DNA of 63,791 nucleotides, counting the filler, from Leucoraja erinacea (taxonomy: Eukaryota): NCBI RefSeq assembly GCF_028641065.1. It is 3 parts of 3 records of this genome, joined end to end, with 100 filler letters (N's around TTAATTAATTAA, not from the genome) between each part and the next. Parts side by side here need not be neighbours in the genome. Positions count along the whole stretch, not along the records: positions 1 to 31,932 come from NW_026575785.1; positions 32,033 to 52,058 come from NW_026576459.1; 1 more part is not named here. One strand, written 5' to 3'. Each line of letters starts with the position of its first letter. Position 1 is the first letter of the stretch. Below, one piece after another: positions 26,149 to 39,490 of this stretch. A program made the translations under genes and the position numbers. Below the pieces are notes generated by a model that saw only the letters and a list, made by a program, of their open reading frames with translations, did no database searches and was not told where the DNA came from.

Positions 26149-27069
26149 AACCTGTTTTTCTTGTAATAAAATGTAAAGTGATCAGTATTTTGAAGGACTC
26201 TTTATTAGAAACATAGAAACATAGACAATAGAATTCATAGACATAGAATTCCACAGATTCACCACTCTCTGTGTGAAAAATGTTTCCCTCATCTCGGTCC
26301 AAAAAGATTTCCCCCTTATCCTTAAACTGTGATCCTTTGTTCTGGACTTCCCCAACATCGGGAACAATCTTCCTGCATCTAGCCTGTCCAACCCCCTTAA
26401 GAATTTTGTAAGTTTCTATAAGATCCCCCCCTCAATCTTCTAAATTCTAGCGAGTACAAGCCGAGTCTATCCAGTCTTTCTTCATATGAAAGTCCTGACA
26501 TCCCAGGAATCAGTCTGGTGAACCTTCTCTGTACTCCCTCTAGGGCAGGAATGTCTTTCCTCAGATTAGGAGACCAAAACTGTACGCAATACTACAGGTG
26601 TGGTCTCACCAAGACCCTGTACAACTGCAGTAGAACCTCCCTGCTCCTATACTCAAATCTATGGAGTCTGAAGAAGGGTTTCGGCCCGAAACGTTGCCAA
26701 TTTCCTTCGCTCAATAGATGCTGCTGCCGCACCCGCTGAGTTTCTCCAGCACTTTTGTCTACCTTCAATTTTCCAGCATCTGCAGTTCCTTCTTGAACTC
26801 TTCCTTGTGAGTTCAGCCCCGTACTTTGTTACACGCTGATTCATGTTGTTATGGGAATACCAGCATGCCCTTTAATAATAGCTATCTTATTTCAACGTAC
26901 GTATTTTAACATTCATTGTTAGCTCCACATTTTAATTAGCATAGCTTACGGCAAGATATGTACACGGATCTTGTTACACTGTGATTTATTTCCTCTTTGC
27001 TTCAGAAAGTCCCCGTAAACTCCCCTTCTCCAGGCAGCTTTTAAACAGATTAAAGACATTGGAGCAGAA

Positions 27070-27835
27070 TCAGCAACAACGATAAGTTGGCCTACAGGGA
27101 GGAGGTCCAGCAGTTAGCAGCATGGTGCGCTGACAACAACCTGGCCCTTAATTCCAAGAAGACCAAGGAGCTCATTGTAGACTTCAGGAAGTCCAGGGGC
27201 GGCACGCACACCCCCATCCACATTAACGGGACGGAGGTGGAACGTGTTTCTAGCTTCAGGTTCCTGGGATGACCTCTCTTAGACCCACAATACCTCAACT
27301 CTGATCAAGAAGGCTCACCAGCGTCTCTTCTTCCTGAGGAGACTGAAGAAGGTCCATCTGTCTCCTCAGATCCTGGTGAACTTCTACCGCTGCACCATCG
27401 AGAGCATCCTTCCCAACTGCATCACAGTATGGTATGGCAACTGCTCTGTCTCCGACCGGAAGGCCTTGCAGAGGGTGGTGAAAATTGCCCAACGCATAAC
27501 CGGTTCCTCGCTCCCCTCCATTGAGTCTGTCCAAAGCAAGCGTTGTCTGCGGAGGGCGCTCAGCATCGCCAAGGACTGCTCTCACCCCAACCATGGACTG
27601 TTTACCCTCCCACCATCCAGGAAGCGCTACAGGTCTCTCCGTTGCCGAACCAGCAGGTCGAGGAACAGCTTCTTCCCGGCGGCTGTCACTCTACTAAACA
27701 ACGTACCTCGGTGACTGCCAATCACCACCCCCCCCCCCCGGACACTTATTATTATTTATTCAAATCATTTGCTATGTCGCTCTTCAAGGGAGATGCTAAA
27801 TGCATTTCGTTGTCTCTGTACTGTACACTGACAAT
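27070..27835 (+). mobile_element. Rex1/Babar-like LINE 3' fragment
   Basis: AYREEVQQLAAWCADNNLALNSKKTKELIVDFRK...NFYRCTIESIL. Confidence 0.88.
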
Positions 27836-28561
27836 GTAGGTCGAAGGGCCGAATGGCCTACTCCTGCACCTAATTTCTATGTTTCTATATCCCCTGACTC
27901 CGCTATGTTTTAAGATGCTAGTCGTAGGCACCCGTGGCCTCAAGTAGGTCGGGGCGTTTTTCTAGCCTGATGAAAAATGTCCATGAGTTAAAAAAGATTG
28001 TGAAAGTGGGACAGAACCTTTACAGCGCTGGAGACCCAGGTTCAATCCTGACCTCTGCCTGGACGGAGATTAACGATCCCGTTACTGCTATCCAAATGTG
28101 CGACTGTTTCGTCGCAAATCGCAGGCACGGAAATCGCTATCAAAACATGCGGGGGACACGATTCCTTGGCGGCCGTGCGCGCGCACGTGCACGCACGCGC
28201 GAGGCTTTGGCCGCGGGCCCTGTGGACGGTAACGTCGGGAGCTGACCTGGTTGGTGACCGACTCCGAACTCCAGCAACAGCAGCTTCGTCCGCCTCGAAT
28301 CGCGGGGCTTGAATCGGCCAGTTCGCGGGGTCTTTCATCGACCGGCGGGGGCTTCAACATCCGGAGCCTCGATCGCCTCGATGGAGCGGTTTGATTTTAA
28401 GCCTCGCCGGGCGATGAAAGGCCCCGCGAACTGGCCGATTCAGCCCGTAGAAAGCGTCTGATATAAAGTCCGGATCGCAAAACACGGGGATTGTTGGCAC
28501 ATCAGTTTAAACATGAGGTCTTCAAGAGGCTGGTCGCCGGATTTTATTGGGCGATTCGTTT

Positions 28562-31500
28562 TTAAACTTCTGACACATTTACAGAGACGGGGCTCGGCAA
28601 AGATGTGACGTCTTCACAAAGTTGGGTGTCTTCACGCACTGCACTGACACCTGGGAAGTAAGGAAGAGACGGGATGATGCAGTCACAAACACAAGGCGGC
28701 AGCAGTCCAGTATTAGCTGTGTAAACCTCAGCGTTACATTGCCCAGACTCCGTTTGGTAGATTCCTGTCAGTGAAGTGCGCTCTGGTTAACTTTTATGAT
28801 ACATTATCTTTGGAACGTACTTTTGGAACGAAGACGAGGAGGAATTTATTTTGTCAGAGGATAGAAACCTCGAAAATAGGTGCAGGAGTAGGCCCTTCGG
28901 CCCTTCGAGCCTGCACCGCCATTTCAATGTGATCATGGCTGATCATCCAACCTCAGTATCCCATCCCTGCCTTCTCTCCATACCCCCTGATCCCTATAGG
29001 CACAAGGGCCACATCTAACTCCCTCTTAAATATAGCCAATGAACTGTGGCCTCAACTACCTTCTGTGGCAGAGAGTTCCACAGATTCACCACTCTCTGTG
29101 TGGAAAATGTTTTTCTCATCTCGGTCCTAAAAGATTTCCCCCTTATCCTTAAACTGTGGCCCCCTGTTCTGGACTCCCCCAACATCGGGAACAATCTTCC
29201 TGCATCTAACCCTTAAGAATTTTGTACGTTTCTATAAGATCCCCCCTCAATCTTCTAAATTCTAGCGAGTAGCGGAAGAAGGAAGGAAGAGGCAGAGACA
29301 ATGGTTGTGGGAGAGTATCTGCAGTTTCTCTCTCGTTTCAATGTTGTTATTGTACTGCCTTGTCACTTGCCTCTGGCTAATGAGGGCGGCACTTGTGGGT
29401 TAACGGCAGTGTTGCTTCCACAAGGGCCTGTCCCTCTTGGGGATTTTTTTCCGCGACTGCCAGCATCATCGACTGACTCATCGGGTCACCGAATAAAATC
29501 GGGGCGTGACGACCTATTGAAGCGCGGTGTTTCATCGAGTGTGACAACGTTTTTTTCGTCGCCGCTGGATTTTGAAATGTTCCAAATCTTTTGGCGACCC
29601 TGATATGTCGCCGGAAGTCGCCGAAAAAGATCGGCAAGCGGGGCAGGCCCTTTACAGTGCCCGAGACCCGGGTTCAATCCTGACCGTGTCTTTGATAGGC
29701 TTTTAGATGGGCAGATGGGAGAGCAGGAAAATAGAGGGATAAGAATCGTGTACATTGTTTAAACCAGCGTCTTGTTCGGCACAGACATTGTGGGCTGAAG
29801 GGACCCGTTCTCGTGTTATATTGTACCTTGCTCTATGTTTGTTCGTTAAGGGCCAGAGGCGATATTCACGCTTAGCCATTTGCGTTTGACGAGGAGGTGT
29901 TTACCTGAAGGCATATCTGGAAGGGTCATGAGTTGGCTCTGGATCGGCCCAAGTTGCGAGTCTCGGCTCTGGTTCACTGGAGAAAGATAATCGCATGTTT
30001 CCGCTTTGGTGGAAAGAATAAGAAGGCAGATTATTATCTGAATGGTGTCGGGTTAGGAAAAGGGGAAGTACAAGGAGACTCACTCTGGCAATGGAGGAGG
30101 CCCAGGACAGAAAGGACGGAGTCAGAATGGGAGGGGGGGATGGGGGGGGAGGGGGTTGAAGTGCTGAGCCACCGGGAGATCGGGTTAGTTATTGCGAACC
30201 GAGCGGAGGTGTTGGGCGAAGCGATCGCCGAGCCTGCGCCTGGTCTCACCGATGTAGAGCAGCCGACACCTAGAGCAGCGGATGCAATAGACGAGGCTGG
30301 AGGAGGTGCAGGCGAACCTCTGCCGCACCTGGAACGACTGCTTGGGTCCTTGGATGGAGTCGAGGGGGGGAGGTAAAGCGACAAGTGTAGCGTTTCTTGC
30401 GGTTGCAAGGGAAAGTACCAGGGAAGGGGGTGGTGGTTAGGGTGGGAAGGGACGAATGGACCAGGGAGTTGCGGAGGGAGCGGCCTCTACGGAAAGGGGA
30501 GGAGATGGGAGCATCTGCAGTTCCTTCTTAAACAATAGATAGGGTAGATAATTGCCATAGAGGGAGTGCAGAGAAGGTTCACCAGACTGATTCCTGGGAT
30601 GTCAGGACTGTCTTATGAAGAAAGACTGGATAGACTTGGTTTATACTCTCTAGAATTTAGGAGATTGAGAGGGGATCTTATAGAAACTTACAAAATTCTT
30701 AAGGGGTTGGACAGGCTAGATGCAGGAAGATTGCTCCCGATGTTGGGGAAGTCTAGGACAAGGGGTCACAGCTTAAGGATAAGGGGGAAATCCTTTAAAA
30801 CCGAGATGAGAAGAACTTTTTTCACACAGAGAGTGGTGAATCTCTGGAACTCTCTGCCACAGAGGGTAGTTGAGGCCAGTTCATTGGCTATATTTAAGAG
30901 GGAGTTAGATGTGGCCCTTGTGGCTAAGGGGATCAGGGAGTATGGAGAGAAGGCAGGTACGGGATACTGAGTTGGATGATCAGCCATGATCATATTGAAT
31001 GGCGGTGCAGGCTCGAAGGGCCGAATGGCCTCTACTCCTGCACCTAATTTCTATGTTTCTATAATCAGAACCTTTTTCCTAAGGTATGCAAAGTCACCAC
31101 ATAAATGGTACCGAAGTACAGTATACTTGCATCCATGCAAATTGTGGAATTAGGAAGGGACCGAGACTAGGTTATAAAGGAAAACTTTTCCTAGACTGAC
31201 GAGGATATGCAAAAATGTTCCTACCTTTCCATCTCATGACTCCTCCAGATAGAGCAATCAGAATACCGACTAATCCAGCCATTATTCCAACCACATATCC
31301 ATAGACTGGTCCGTTTTGATTCTGGTGAACTGGAGACAAAGAGCTAGAGTCAGAAGATGTTACATTAAACGCTACTCTATCAGAAGGAATATTGTGGGAG
31401 ATGGGTCTCGACCCGAAAAGTCGCCCATTCCTTCTCTCCAGAGATGCTGCCTGGCGCGCTGAGTTACTCCAGCATTTTGTGACTATGTTGGCAACTCTAT

Positions 31501-31932
31501 CAGACTTCGGTTACCCCCCCCCCCACCACGAGATTCCGGCCTGCAAAGTCGTCCGTGGAAGTCAGTCGGTGATGTGAATGGATCTGTTGTTTGTGGCCGG
31601 GACCGGCAGGAGAGGAGGGAGCGGGGAAACGCAGAAGTCCCGATTCTGATCCTTACCCCAAACTGCAGTCAGGTTGTCAGGCACGCTCGTGTGTGTGATG
31701 TGGCAGGAATAGGTGTCGCCGATTCCACTGGGGTCAACACTAAGCTGTAGTCTCATCTGGAACGTCCCGTCAAAGTTGGGCAGAATGTTGCTCCTCAGCA
31801 CCTCTTGGTCGATGTCTTTGCCGTTCCGCAGCCAGGTGGTGTTGATGTCCATCGGGTAAAACCCATCCACTCTGCAGGTCAGGACCAAGGGATGTCCCTG
31901 TGCATTTGGACGCCTTGAGGTGATCGTGATCG
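28562..31932 (-). CDS. Second MHC gene, probably a divergent W-category beta chain, 5'-truncated at the linker: 31932-31657 IgC1, 31329-31225 CP/TM, 29976-29905 and 28650-28562 cytoplasmic/stop
   Basis: IgC1 PLVLTCRVDGFYPMDINTTWLRNG...ILPNFDGTFQMR...YSCHITHTSV (class I alpha3-type P..DGTFQ). TM YGYVVGIMAGLVGILIALSGG is glycine-patterned. Phase-1 exons are open to TAA; AATAAA on - at 28548-28543. Groove exons are not visible, so a nonclassical class I chain is not excluded. Confidence 0.75.
30080..30510 (-). mobile_element. Penelope-like element fragment (GIY-YIG region)
   Basis: Homologous to 36201-36734; SHSDSVLSVLGLLHCQ. Confidence 0.8.
30552..31062 (+). mobile_element. CR1/HER1 LINE 3' fragment
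   Basis: ORF 30566-30970. Confidence 0.9.
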
Positions 31933-32032
31933 NNNNNNNNNNNNNNNNNNNNNNNNNNNNNNNNNNNNNNNNNNNNTTAATTAATTAANNNNNNNNNNNN
32001 NNNNNNNNNNNNNNNNNNNNNNNNNNNNNNNN
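31933..32032. other. Artificial 100-nt scaffold-joining linker
   Basis: 44 N + TTAATTAATTAA (stops in all six frames) + 44 N; cuts through an exon. Confidence 0.95.
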
Positions 32033-32199
32033 AGAGCTCTCCATTCATAAAGCTTCAACACACAGTCTTTTGATAATTATTTTCTCTATTGTAGATAGAA
32101 AACAGTAAGATATATCCAAGGTTTTTCAGACTTGTTACGGCAATCTTCTTCAAACTCCAGCTCATTACTTCAGATATTAGAAAGCTCCTCGTGTCTCCG

Positions 32200-32490
32200 T
32201 AACAATGACATGGCCGAAGGATTAGCCTTCTCCATCGTCTCTCCAAAACTAATCTAAAAACTAAACTTGTACGTAATCGAATTTTAGTCTCTTCTCCTCT
32301 GATATTCAGCCTTCTCGTCAGGCTTTCTGTGCAAAAGGTAGTCGAACTTCCATGATCCAGAAAAGCATATGTTTGCAACACTGCATTCATCTTGCTGTTC
32401 CTTACATGCACTGGTGAGATAGAAAAATGACGAGTTTCAACCCCGGCCCCAATATGAGCAGATGCTTGAGGCGAGGTGATAGCATTTCTA
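32200..32490 (-). mobile_element. BEL/Pao-like LTR retrotransposon protease relic
   Basis: VLQTYAFLDHGSSTTFCTESLTRRLNIRG (aspartic-protease LDxGS motif). Confidence 0.65.
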
Positions 32491-32574
32491 GTAGTTGGCT
32501 TCTTCTTCTTCTTCTTCTTCTCCTTCTCCTTCTCCTTCTCCTTCTCCTTCTCCTTCTCCTTCTCCTTCTCCTCT

Positions 32575-33400
32575 CCAGGGTGACCAAGGCTGGGAGCTGA
32601 ACATCCAGGGATATTCAATATTCAGGAGGGATAGAGAGAAAGGAAAAGGAGGTGGGGTAGCATTGCTGGTTAGAGAGGAGATTAACGCAATGCAAAGGAA
32701 GGACATTAGTTTGGAGGATGTGGAATCGGTATGGGTAGAGCTGCGAAACACTAAGGGGCAGAAAACGCTGGTGGGTGTTGTGTACAGGCCGCCTAACAGT
32801 AGTAGTGAAGTTGGAGATGGTATCAAACAGGAAATTAGAAATGCGTGCGACAAAGGCAAAACAGTTATAATGGGTGACTTCAATCTACATATAGATTGGG
32901 TGAATCAAATTGGCAGGGGTGCTGAGGAAGATGATTTCTTGGAATGTATGCGGGATAGTTATCTAAATCAACATGAAGAGGAACCAACGAGAGAGCAGGC
33001 TATTTTAGACTGGGTACTGAGTAATGAGGAAGGGTTAGTTAGCAATCTGTTGTACGTGCCCCCTTGGGCAAGAGTAACCATAATATGGTTGAGTTCTTCA
33101 TTAGGATGGAGAGTGACATTGTTAATTCAGAAACAATGGTTCTGAACTTAAAGAAAGGTAACTTTGAGGGTATGAGACGTGAATTGGCCAAGATTGACTG
33201 GCAATTAATTCTAAAAGGGTTGTCGATGGATATGCAATGGAAGGCATTTAAAGACTGTATGGATGAACTACAAAAATTGTTCATCCCAGTTTGGTAAAAG
33301 AATAAATCAGGGAAGGTAGTGCATCCCTGGATAACAAGGGAAATCAGGGATAGTATCAAAGCGAAGGATGATGCGTACAAATTAGCCAGAAAAAGCAGCA
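32575..33400 (+). mobile_element. CR1 LINE APE endonuclease fragment
   Basis: GYSIFRRDR...GGGVALLV...VVYRPP...IMGDFN...ILDWVLSN. Confidence 0.9.
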
Positions 33401-35067
33401 TACTTCTTGTCTTGAATTCTGAACTTTGATTCCCAAACAGTTAGTGGAGCATTCATTACTCCCTTATTATTTTTAGGTACATGTGTTTTCTCAAGCACTC
33501 ATCTAAATAAAGGTGAAGGTTTTTGCATGCTAAATTTGTATTTAAGCAATGAGCAATCATTTTATCTTGTTCCCCACCAATCCTCCTCTTTCTGAACAGA
33601 GGCAAAGCTTTCTTCTTTCTAAACTTTCATTCCATTGTGGAAAATAAGTAGCTTTGCCTTGCAGCTGCGGCTCGCCTGCAGTCCGTTTGTCTTTTCTTTT
33701 TTTGTTTTCTTTTGTCCCGTTTTTACAGTGTATTTCGGTTTATTTAGTTGTGTATGTGTGGGGGGGTGGGTGTAACATGTTTTTTGACTCTTCCTTCGGG
33801 GGGGATGCGACCTTTCTTGCCGTATCCCCCGTCTCCGTGTCCGTCTGCGCTGAGGCCTATCGCGGAGCTGGCGGCCTCCAACTGCGACTGACCTCGAGGC
33901 TGCGGAGGCAGAGCCAGGACTTGCCAACGCGAGGCTGGCCGACTTCGGGGCTGTGGTTACGACCTGACTTTGGAACCTCGAAGGCTCGGCCGCGGGCCAG
34001 TGGACGACATCGTTGGGAGCTCACAGGTGGTGACTTGTTTTTCCGGAGCTCCCGCAACTACAGCTGCGTCCGCTGGGCTGGAGGGCGGCAGCTTCGGCAG
34101 CTTCGACCGCCCCGGGCCGCGGAGTGTCAACCGGCCCGTTTGCGGAGCATGGATTCAGCCGCGGGACTTGCTCACCATCACCTGCCGGGGTCACAACATC
34201 GGAGGCTTGGATTGCCTCAACGCAGAGGGAGAGCAAGGAGGGAAGAGACAATGACTTTGGGAATTTAAACTGTGTTGAGTGTTTGTTTTATTATTATTCT
34301 ATGATATGACTGCAGGCTAAACCATTTTGTTGCACTGAAAAGTGCAATGACAATAAAATTGAATCCAATCCATTCCAATCCAAACTAGGCTCATTTTGTT
34401 GACCTTTGATTCTATCCCATTGTATACAATGATGATTACCTCACTGCGTTCACCATCTGCTGTTTAAACATATCTTGGATTGGTTTCCTTGAACAACTGC
34501 TTGAAATGTTCTTGTTGGTGCTGTACTTTGTATATGTTGGCCCTGTACATAACAATATATGCTTAATAGCATTTTAAATGTTGTAGAAATACAATATGTA
34601 AAGATAATTTTTGAAGGTTAACAGAGAACAGGTTTGCAACATTCTGTGATTAGTCCGTGCAATATCTTTAGTTCCCAGCTTTCAAAACCAGGAATGTTTC
34701 AATGCATTTGCCAGAAAGAATCTTAAATCCCAAAGTAAAGGTTGAGCTGTTGAATATACTTGGAAATGGTTGAGTTTCTGTTTAAAGCATTAACATGGTT
34801 GTAATGCGCATTTATCCAATATATATATAAATGTATATTATAACCATTTTAATGGTATAACTGTTATAACTGGGTGTACTGTTCACGTGGCTACTTTTTA
34901 ATCTAATTAACGAGAAGTAAAATTGGGTAGATAATTGAATTTGATTTTAATGTAGATGGGTACAATTGACACCATTATTTTAATTTTTTAATGGTTCATT
35001 TATTACACAAGGTGGCATTTTCCATTTTATATGATTCACTTTATAATTGTTCAGTTTGTACCTTCAG

Positions 35068-37049
35068 AGAAAGAGAGGACCCGTCTGGCAAAACCTAAGA
35101 AAACGCAAGAGCAAAAAGAAGAAAGAATCCAGAAACTGGCGGAAGAGAAAAAACAAAAATGCGAAGAGCTTAAAACGTAAGCACGTGCAAATCTAAATGC
35201 AATATTCAAATCTGAAGCTAGATGAGCAACAGAATACATTTTGATTTTTTTTAAATGTCTAGATCGTGATTCTAATTATGGACACATTTGTTTTCCCCGT
35301 GTTGCTATTTTACCCTCAGAAATAGCTTATCTTCATCTGTTGGTTATTTATCACCACACAAATTGTTGGCCTTGCTAATTTTCTTTGACTAAAACAAATC
35401 AATAATTCACATTTCTTGCTGGAATCTTAATTATTTAAATGCTTAATTTAAGTTATAAAGTAGGAACTGTATTGCTGCTTCTGGTTCACTCTGTGCACGC
35501 TTTTCCACAAAGTTTTGAGTTCAATATTTACCCCCTCAGAGAGCGGAAGTTACGGCTGACACCTGTTTTAGAAGCTTGTCCTCCAGTTGAGCAGCAAGAA
35601 GCAAAGACGAAAAGTCAAATTGAACCAAGTCGTGAAAAGGTATTTTATAATCCCAGAGGCCTGCCTGTAGGTAGTTTCATTTGCAATGATAGTATTTCAT
35701 AGTGTAGGTGGTAGAAGAATTGTGTTGGAACTGATGAGCATGAGAAAGTTAGATGTGAAGAAGAAAGTTCGGGGGGAAATATGGTTCTGTCTAAACTTAG
35801 TATTTTGCAAGTAATCCAATGCTGAACAGGTGGGCCAGTACAATTGTATTCTTCTGTTGAATTTTAGTCAGCTCAAGGAGCTGGTATGACATTTTATATC
35901 TTGTTGCAGTTGCATGAGGGAAACATTGCTGAAGAGAGTGCAATAAAGATACAAGCAGTTAAGAAGGTAACAGGAGAGTCTCAAAGGTGGCAAGAGGTAA
36001 CCAAAAAAGCTGGAGAAACTCAGCGGGTGCAGCAGCATCTATGGAGCAAAGGAAATGGGCAACGTTTCGGGCCGAAACCCTTCTTCAGGCTGATAGAGGG
36101 TGGCGGGGAGAAGGAAGGAAAAAGGAGGAGGAGGAGCCCGAGGGTTGGGGGATGGGAGGAGACAGCCCGAGGGCTGAGGAAGGGGGGGAGACAGCAAGGG
36201 CTAACAAAATTGGGAGAATTCAATGTTCATGCCCGCAGGCAGCAGACTCCCCAAGCGAAATATAAGATGCTGTCCCTCCAATTTCCGGTGTTGCTCGCTC
36301 TGGCCATGGAGGAGGCCCAGGACAGAGAGGTCGGATTCGGAGTGGGAGGGGGAATTGAAGTGGTGAGCCACCGGGAGGTCAGGTTGGTTATTGCGGACCG
36401 AGCGGAGGTGTTCGGCGAAACGATCGCCCAACCTCCGCTTGGTCTCACCGATGTAGATCAGCTGACATCCAGAGCAGCGGATGCAGTAGATGAGGTTGGA
36501 GGAGATGCAGGTGAACCTTTGTCGCACCTGGAACGACTGCTTGGGTCCTTGAATGGAGTCGAGGGGGGACGTAAAGGGACAGGTGTTGCATTTCTTGCGG
36601 TTGCAACGGAAAGTGCCAGGGGAGGGGGTGGTACGGGAGGGAAGGGAAGAATTGACCAGAGAGTGCGGAGGGAGCGGTCTTTGCGGAAACAGACATGGGG
36701 GGAGATGGGAAGATGTGGCGAGTGGTGGGGTCACATTGGAGTTGGTGAAATTGACGGAGGATTATTTGTTGTATGTGACGGCTGGTGGGATGAAAGGTGA
36801 GGACTAGGGGGACTCGGCCCTTGTTGCAACAGGTAATATTGCTTTGCTAACCCTTTATGTTCACTGATTAATTTGTCTTCGTATGACTTGCAGATGACAC
36901 AAATTGATAGAATTGTGGAGCTCCTGAATTGGCTCAATCTGTTCAAAGGGAAGAACACTGATGTGCCTTCTTGGGTCGCCATAGGCCCTGGTGGGATGGT
37001 TATCTCAGTCACTGAGGACAACGCCTGCAGAGACCCTTCAGGATGGTGA
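35068..37049 (+). CDS. Unidentified protein, 3' partial model: exons 35068-35176, 35540-35639, 35910-35966, 36894-37049
   Basis: Four AG/GT-bounded segments with compatible phases splice into one ORF: EKERTRLAKPKKTQEQKEERIQKLAEEKKQKCEELKTERKLRL...MTQIDRIVELLNWLNLFKG...PSGW*. No family recognised. Confidence 0.45.
36000..36825 (-). mobile_element. Penelope-like element fragment (GIY-YIG endonuclease plus terminal repeat with hammerhead motif)
   Basis: CNTCPF...NLIYCIRCSGCQLIYIGETKRRLGDRFAEH; CTGAAGA-stem-GAAAC on - at 36088-36061. Confidence 0.9.
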
Positions 37050-37333
37050 ACCTTTGAAAAGTGTCAAGTCCTGATATTGTACCTGGCCATTTTCTCAAAT
37101 GCTGCGTAGACCAACTCCATCAGTCTGAAGAAGGGTTTCGGCCCGAAACGTTGCCTATTTCCTTCGCTCCATAGATGCTGCTGCACCTGCTGAGTTTCTC
37201 CAGCATTTTTATCTACCTTAGACCAACTGAAGTCTTTGTGGAAATCTTCCATGCTCTCATTTATTTCCTGCCATCAGAAAGGAGGAGTATGATTCTGAAA
37301 GCCATGACCACCAGGTTTAAGAATAGCTACTTC

Positions 37334-38197
37334 TAGGTATGTTACAAAACCTACCTGAATCGTCATTAGGAATCTGCCCTCAGCCAGGCCCGCGATTTTG
37401 GCGCTGTTTGGAGGGGGGCGGGTTTAAAACGCGATTTTTACTAGGCTGTACTAATCGCACATTTTCAGCCTAGTAAATCATTAACGAAAAATCGCTGCAA
37501 GACCCGGTCGCAAAAGGTATTATTAGTTTTATAGGCCTCGATAATATAGTTCTAATAGTTTTAAAATTACTGTTTAATTCCGCAATCTCTCGCAGCCCCA
37601 GGGTTTTATAGAGCAAACAATTAAAGGTATGTACCTTATTTTTACATTAAATGGGGCATATATATAACCCTATATATCAAATTATCTATAACGAATAGCT
37701 CATTTTGGGCTTTTTATATCCCGCAGTATTTTTCTCGGCATTTGAGGGCACTAATCCAGCGCGATGTCAACATTCTAAACCGGCGCGTTCCACATGAACC
37801 CACTAGAAAGCCGATTTAAATGGGCATTTATTTACAGCAATTGAACACTAAATTCCTTCCATTTGGCCTATAAATTAATGTAAATTAGATATAAAAATCA
37901 TGTTATATTGTGAATTATTTGTGAATAATCTTTGGACACTTAGGCTATTTAAAAATGTTAATCTTTCCTTAAGAAATGGGCGTTTGATTATCCAAGATCA
38001 CAGCTTTTTTGTAATGTCCATTGAAAATCAATAGGGAACAAGATGCTAATTTCCGAGTATGAAAATGGTCATAACTTTTTTAATACTTGAGATATGAAAG
38101 TGAATTTGGTGTCAAATTAAACTTATTGTTATGCTTTATCTGATGGGATAAATTGCAGACTTGATTTTTTAAATCTCAAAATTTTGTAACATTGCTA
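37334..38197 (+). mobile_element. Non-autonomous TIR DNA transposon (MITE), copy 1
   Basis: TAGGTATGTTACAAAA...TTTTGTAACATTGCTA imperfect TIR; flanking direct repeat CTACTTC. Confidence 0.85.
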
Positions 38198-38269
38198 CTA
38201 CTTCCCAAAACCACCAGGCTCTTGAATATTACAAAAGCATCAACGAGACTATGATTCAGATTCAGATTC

Positions 38270-39490
38270 AACTTTAATTGTCATTGTCAGTGTACAGTAC
38301 AGAGACAACGAAATGCATGTAGCATCTCCCTGGAAGAGTGACATAGCAAATGATTTGAATAAATAATAATAAGTGTCCAGGGGGGGGGTGGTGATTGGCA
38401 GTCACCGAGGTACGTTGTTGAGTAGAGTGACAGCCGCCGGGAAGAAGCTGTTCCTGGACCTGCTGGTTCGGCAACGGAGAGACCTGTAGCGCCTCCCGGA
38501 TGGTAGGAGGGTAAACAGTCCATGGTTGGGGTGAGAGCAGTCCTTGGCGGTGCTGAGCGCCCTCAGTGATACAGTTGGTATACTGTGATACAGTTGGTAA
38601 GGATGCTCTCGATGGTGCAGCGGTAGAAGTTCACCAGGATCTGAGGAGACAGATGAACCTTCTTCAGTCTCCTCAGGAAGAAGAGACGCTGGTGAGCCTT
38701 CTTGATCAGAGTTGAGGTATTGTGGGTCCAAGAGAGGTCATCGGAGATGTTGACTCCCAGGAACCTGAAGCTAGAAACACGTTCCACCTCCGTCCCGTTA
38801 ATGTGGATGGGGGTGTGCGTGCCGCCTCTGGACTTCCTGAAGTCTACAATGAGCTCCTTGGTCTTCTTGGAGTTAAGGGCCAGGTTGTTGTCAGCGCACC
38901 ATGCTGCTAAGTGCTGGACCTCCTCCCTGTAGGCCAACTCATCGTTGTTGCTGATGAGGCCAATCACCGTTGTACCATCTGCATACTTGATGATGGTGTT
39001 AGTACCATGTACAGGTGTGCAGTCATAGGTGAAGAGGGAGTAGAGGAGGGGGATCAGCACACAGCCCTGTGGTCAGGGTGAGGGTTGAAGAGGTGTGCTT
39101 GTCTAACCTAACAGACTGGGGTCTGTTGGTTAGAAAGTCCAGTATCCAGTTGCAGAGGGAGGGGTTGATGCCCAGGTTACCGAGTTTGGTGATCAGTTTT
39201 GATGGTATAATGGTGTTGAATGCTGAGCTGTAATCGATGAACAGCATTCTTACTTAAGTGTCTCTGTTGTCGAGGTGGGAGAGGGCGGAGTGAAGTGCCG
39301 TTGAGATGGCATCCTCCGTACTCCATTTCTTGCGGTAGGCAAACTGATAGGGATCCAGTGTGGTGGGTAGGCAGCTTTTGAGGTGTGCCAGGACCAGCCT
39401 CTCGAAGCACTTGGTGATGATGGGGGTAAGTGCAACTGGGCGGAAGTCGTTGAGGCTTGCCGCAGTGGAGTGTTTTGGCACTGGCACGAT
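38270..39490 (-). mobile_element. Rex1/Babar-like LINE RT fragment
   Basis: [21 protein letters not shown]...DYSSAFNTI...IIKYADGTTVIGLI. Confidence 0.9.

Noticed and set aside
33650-34370. GC-rich 204-aa ORF
   Set aside because: No recognisable domain; ends in ATGACAATAAA plus a short tandem tail like the neighbouring retroposons, and similar sequence recurs near 62980-63270
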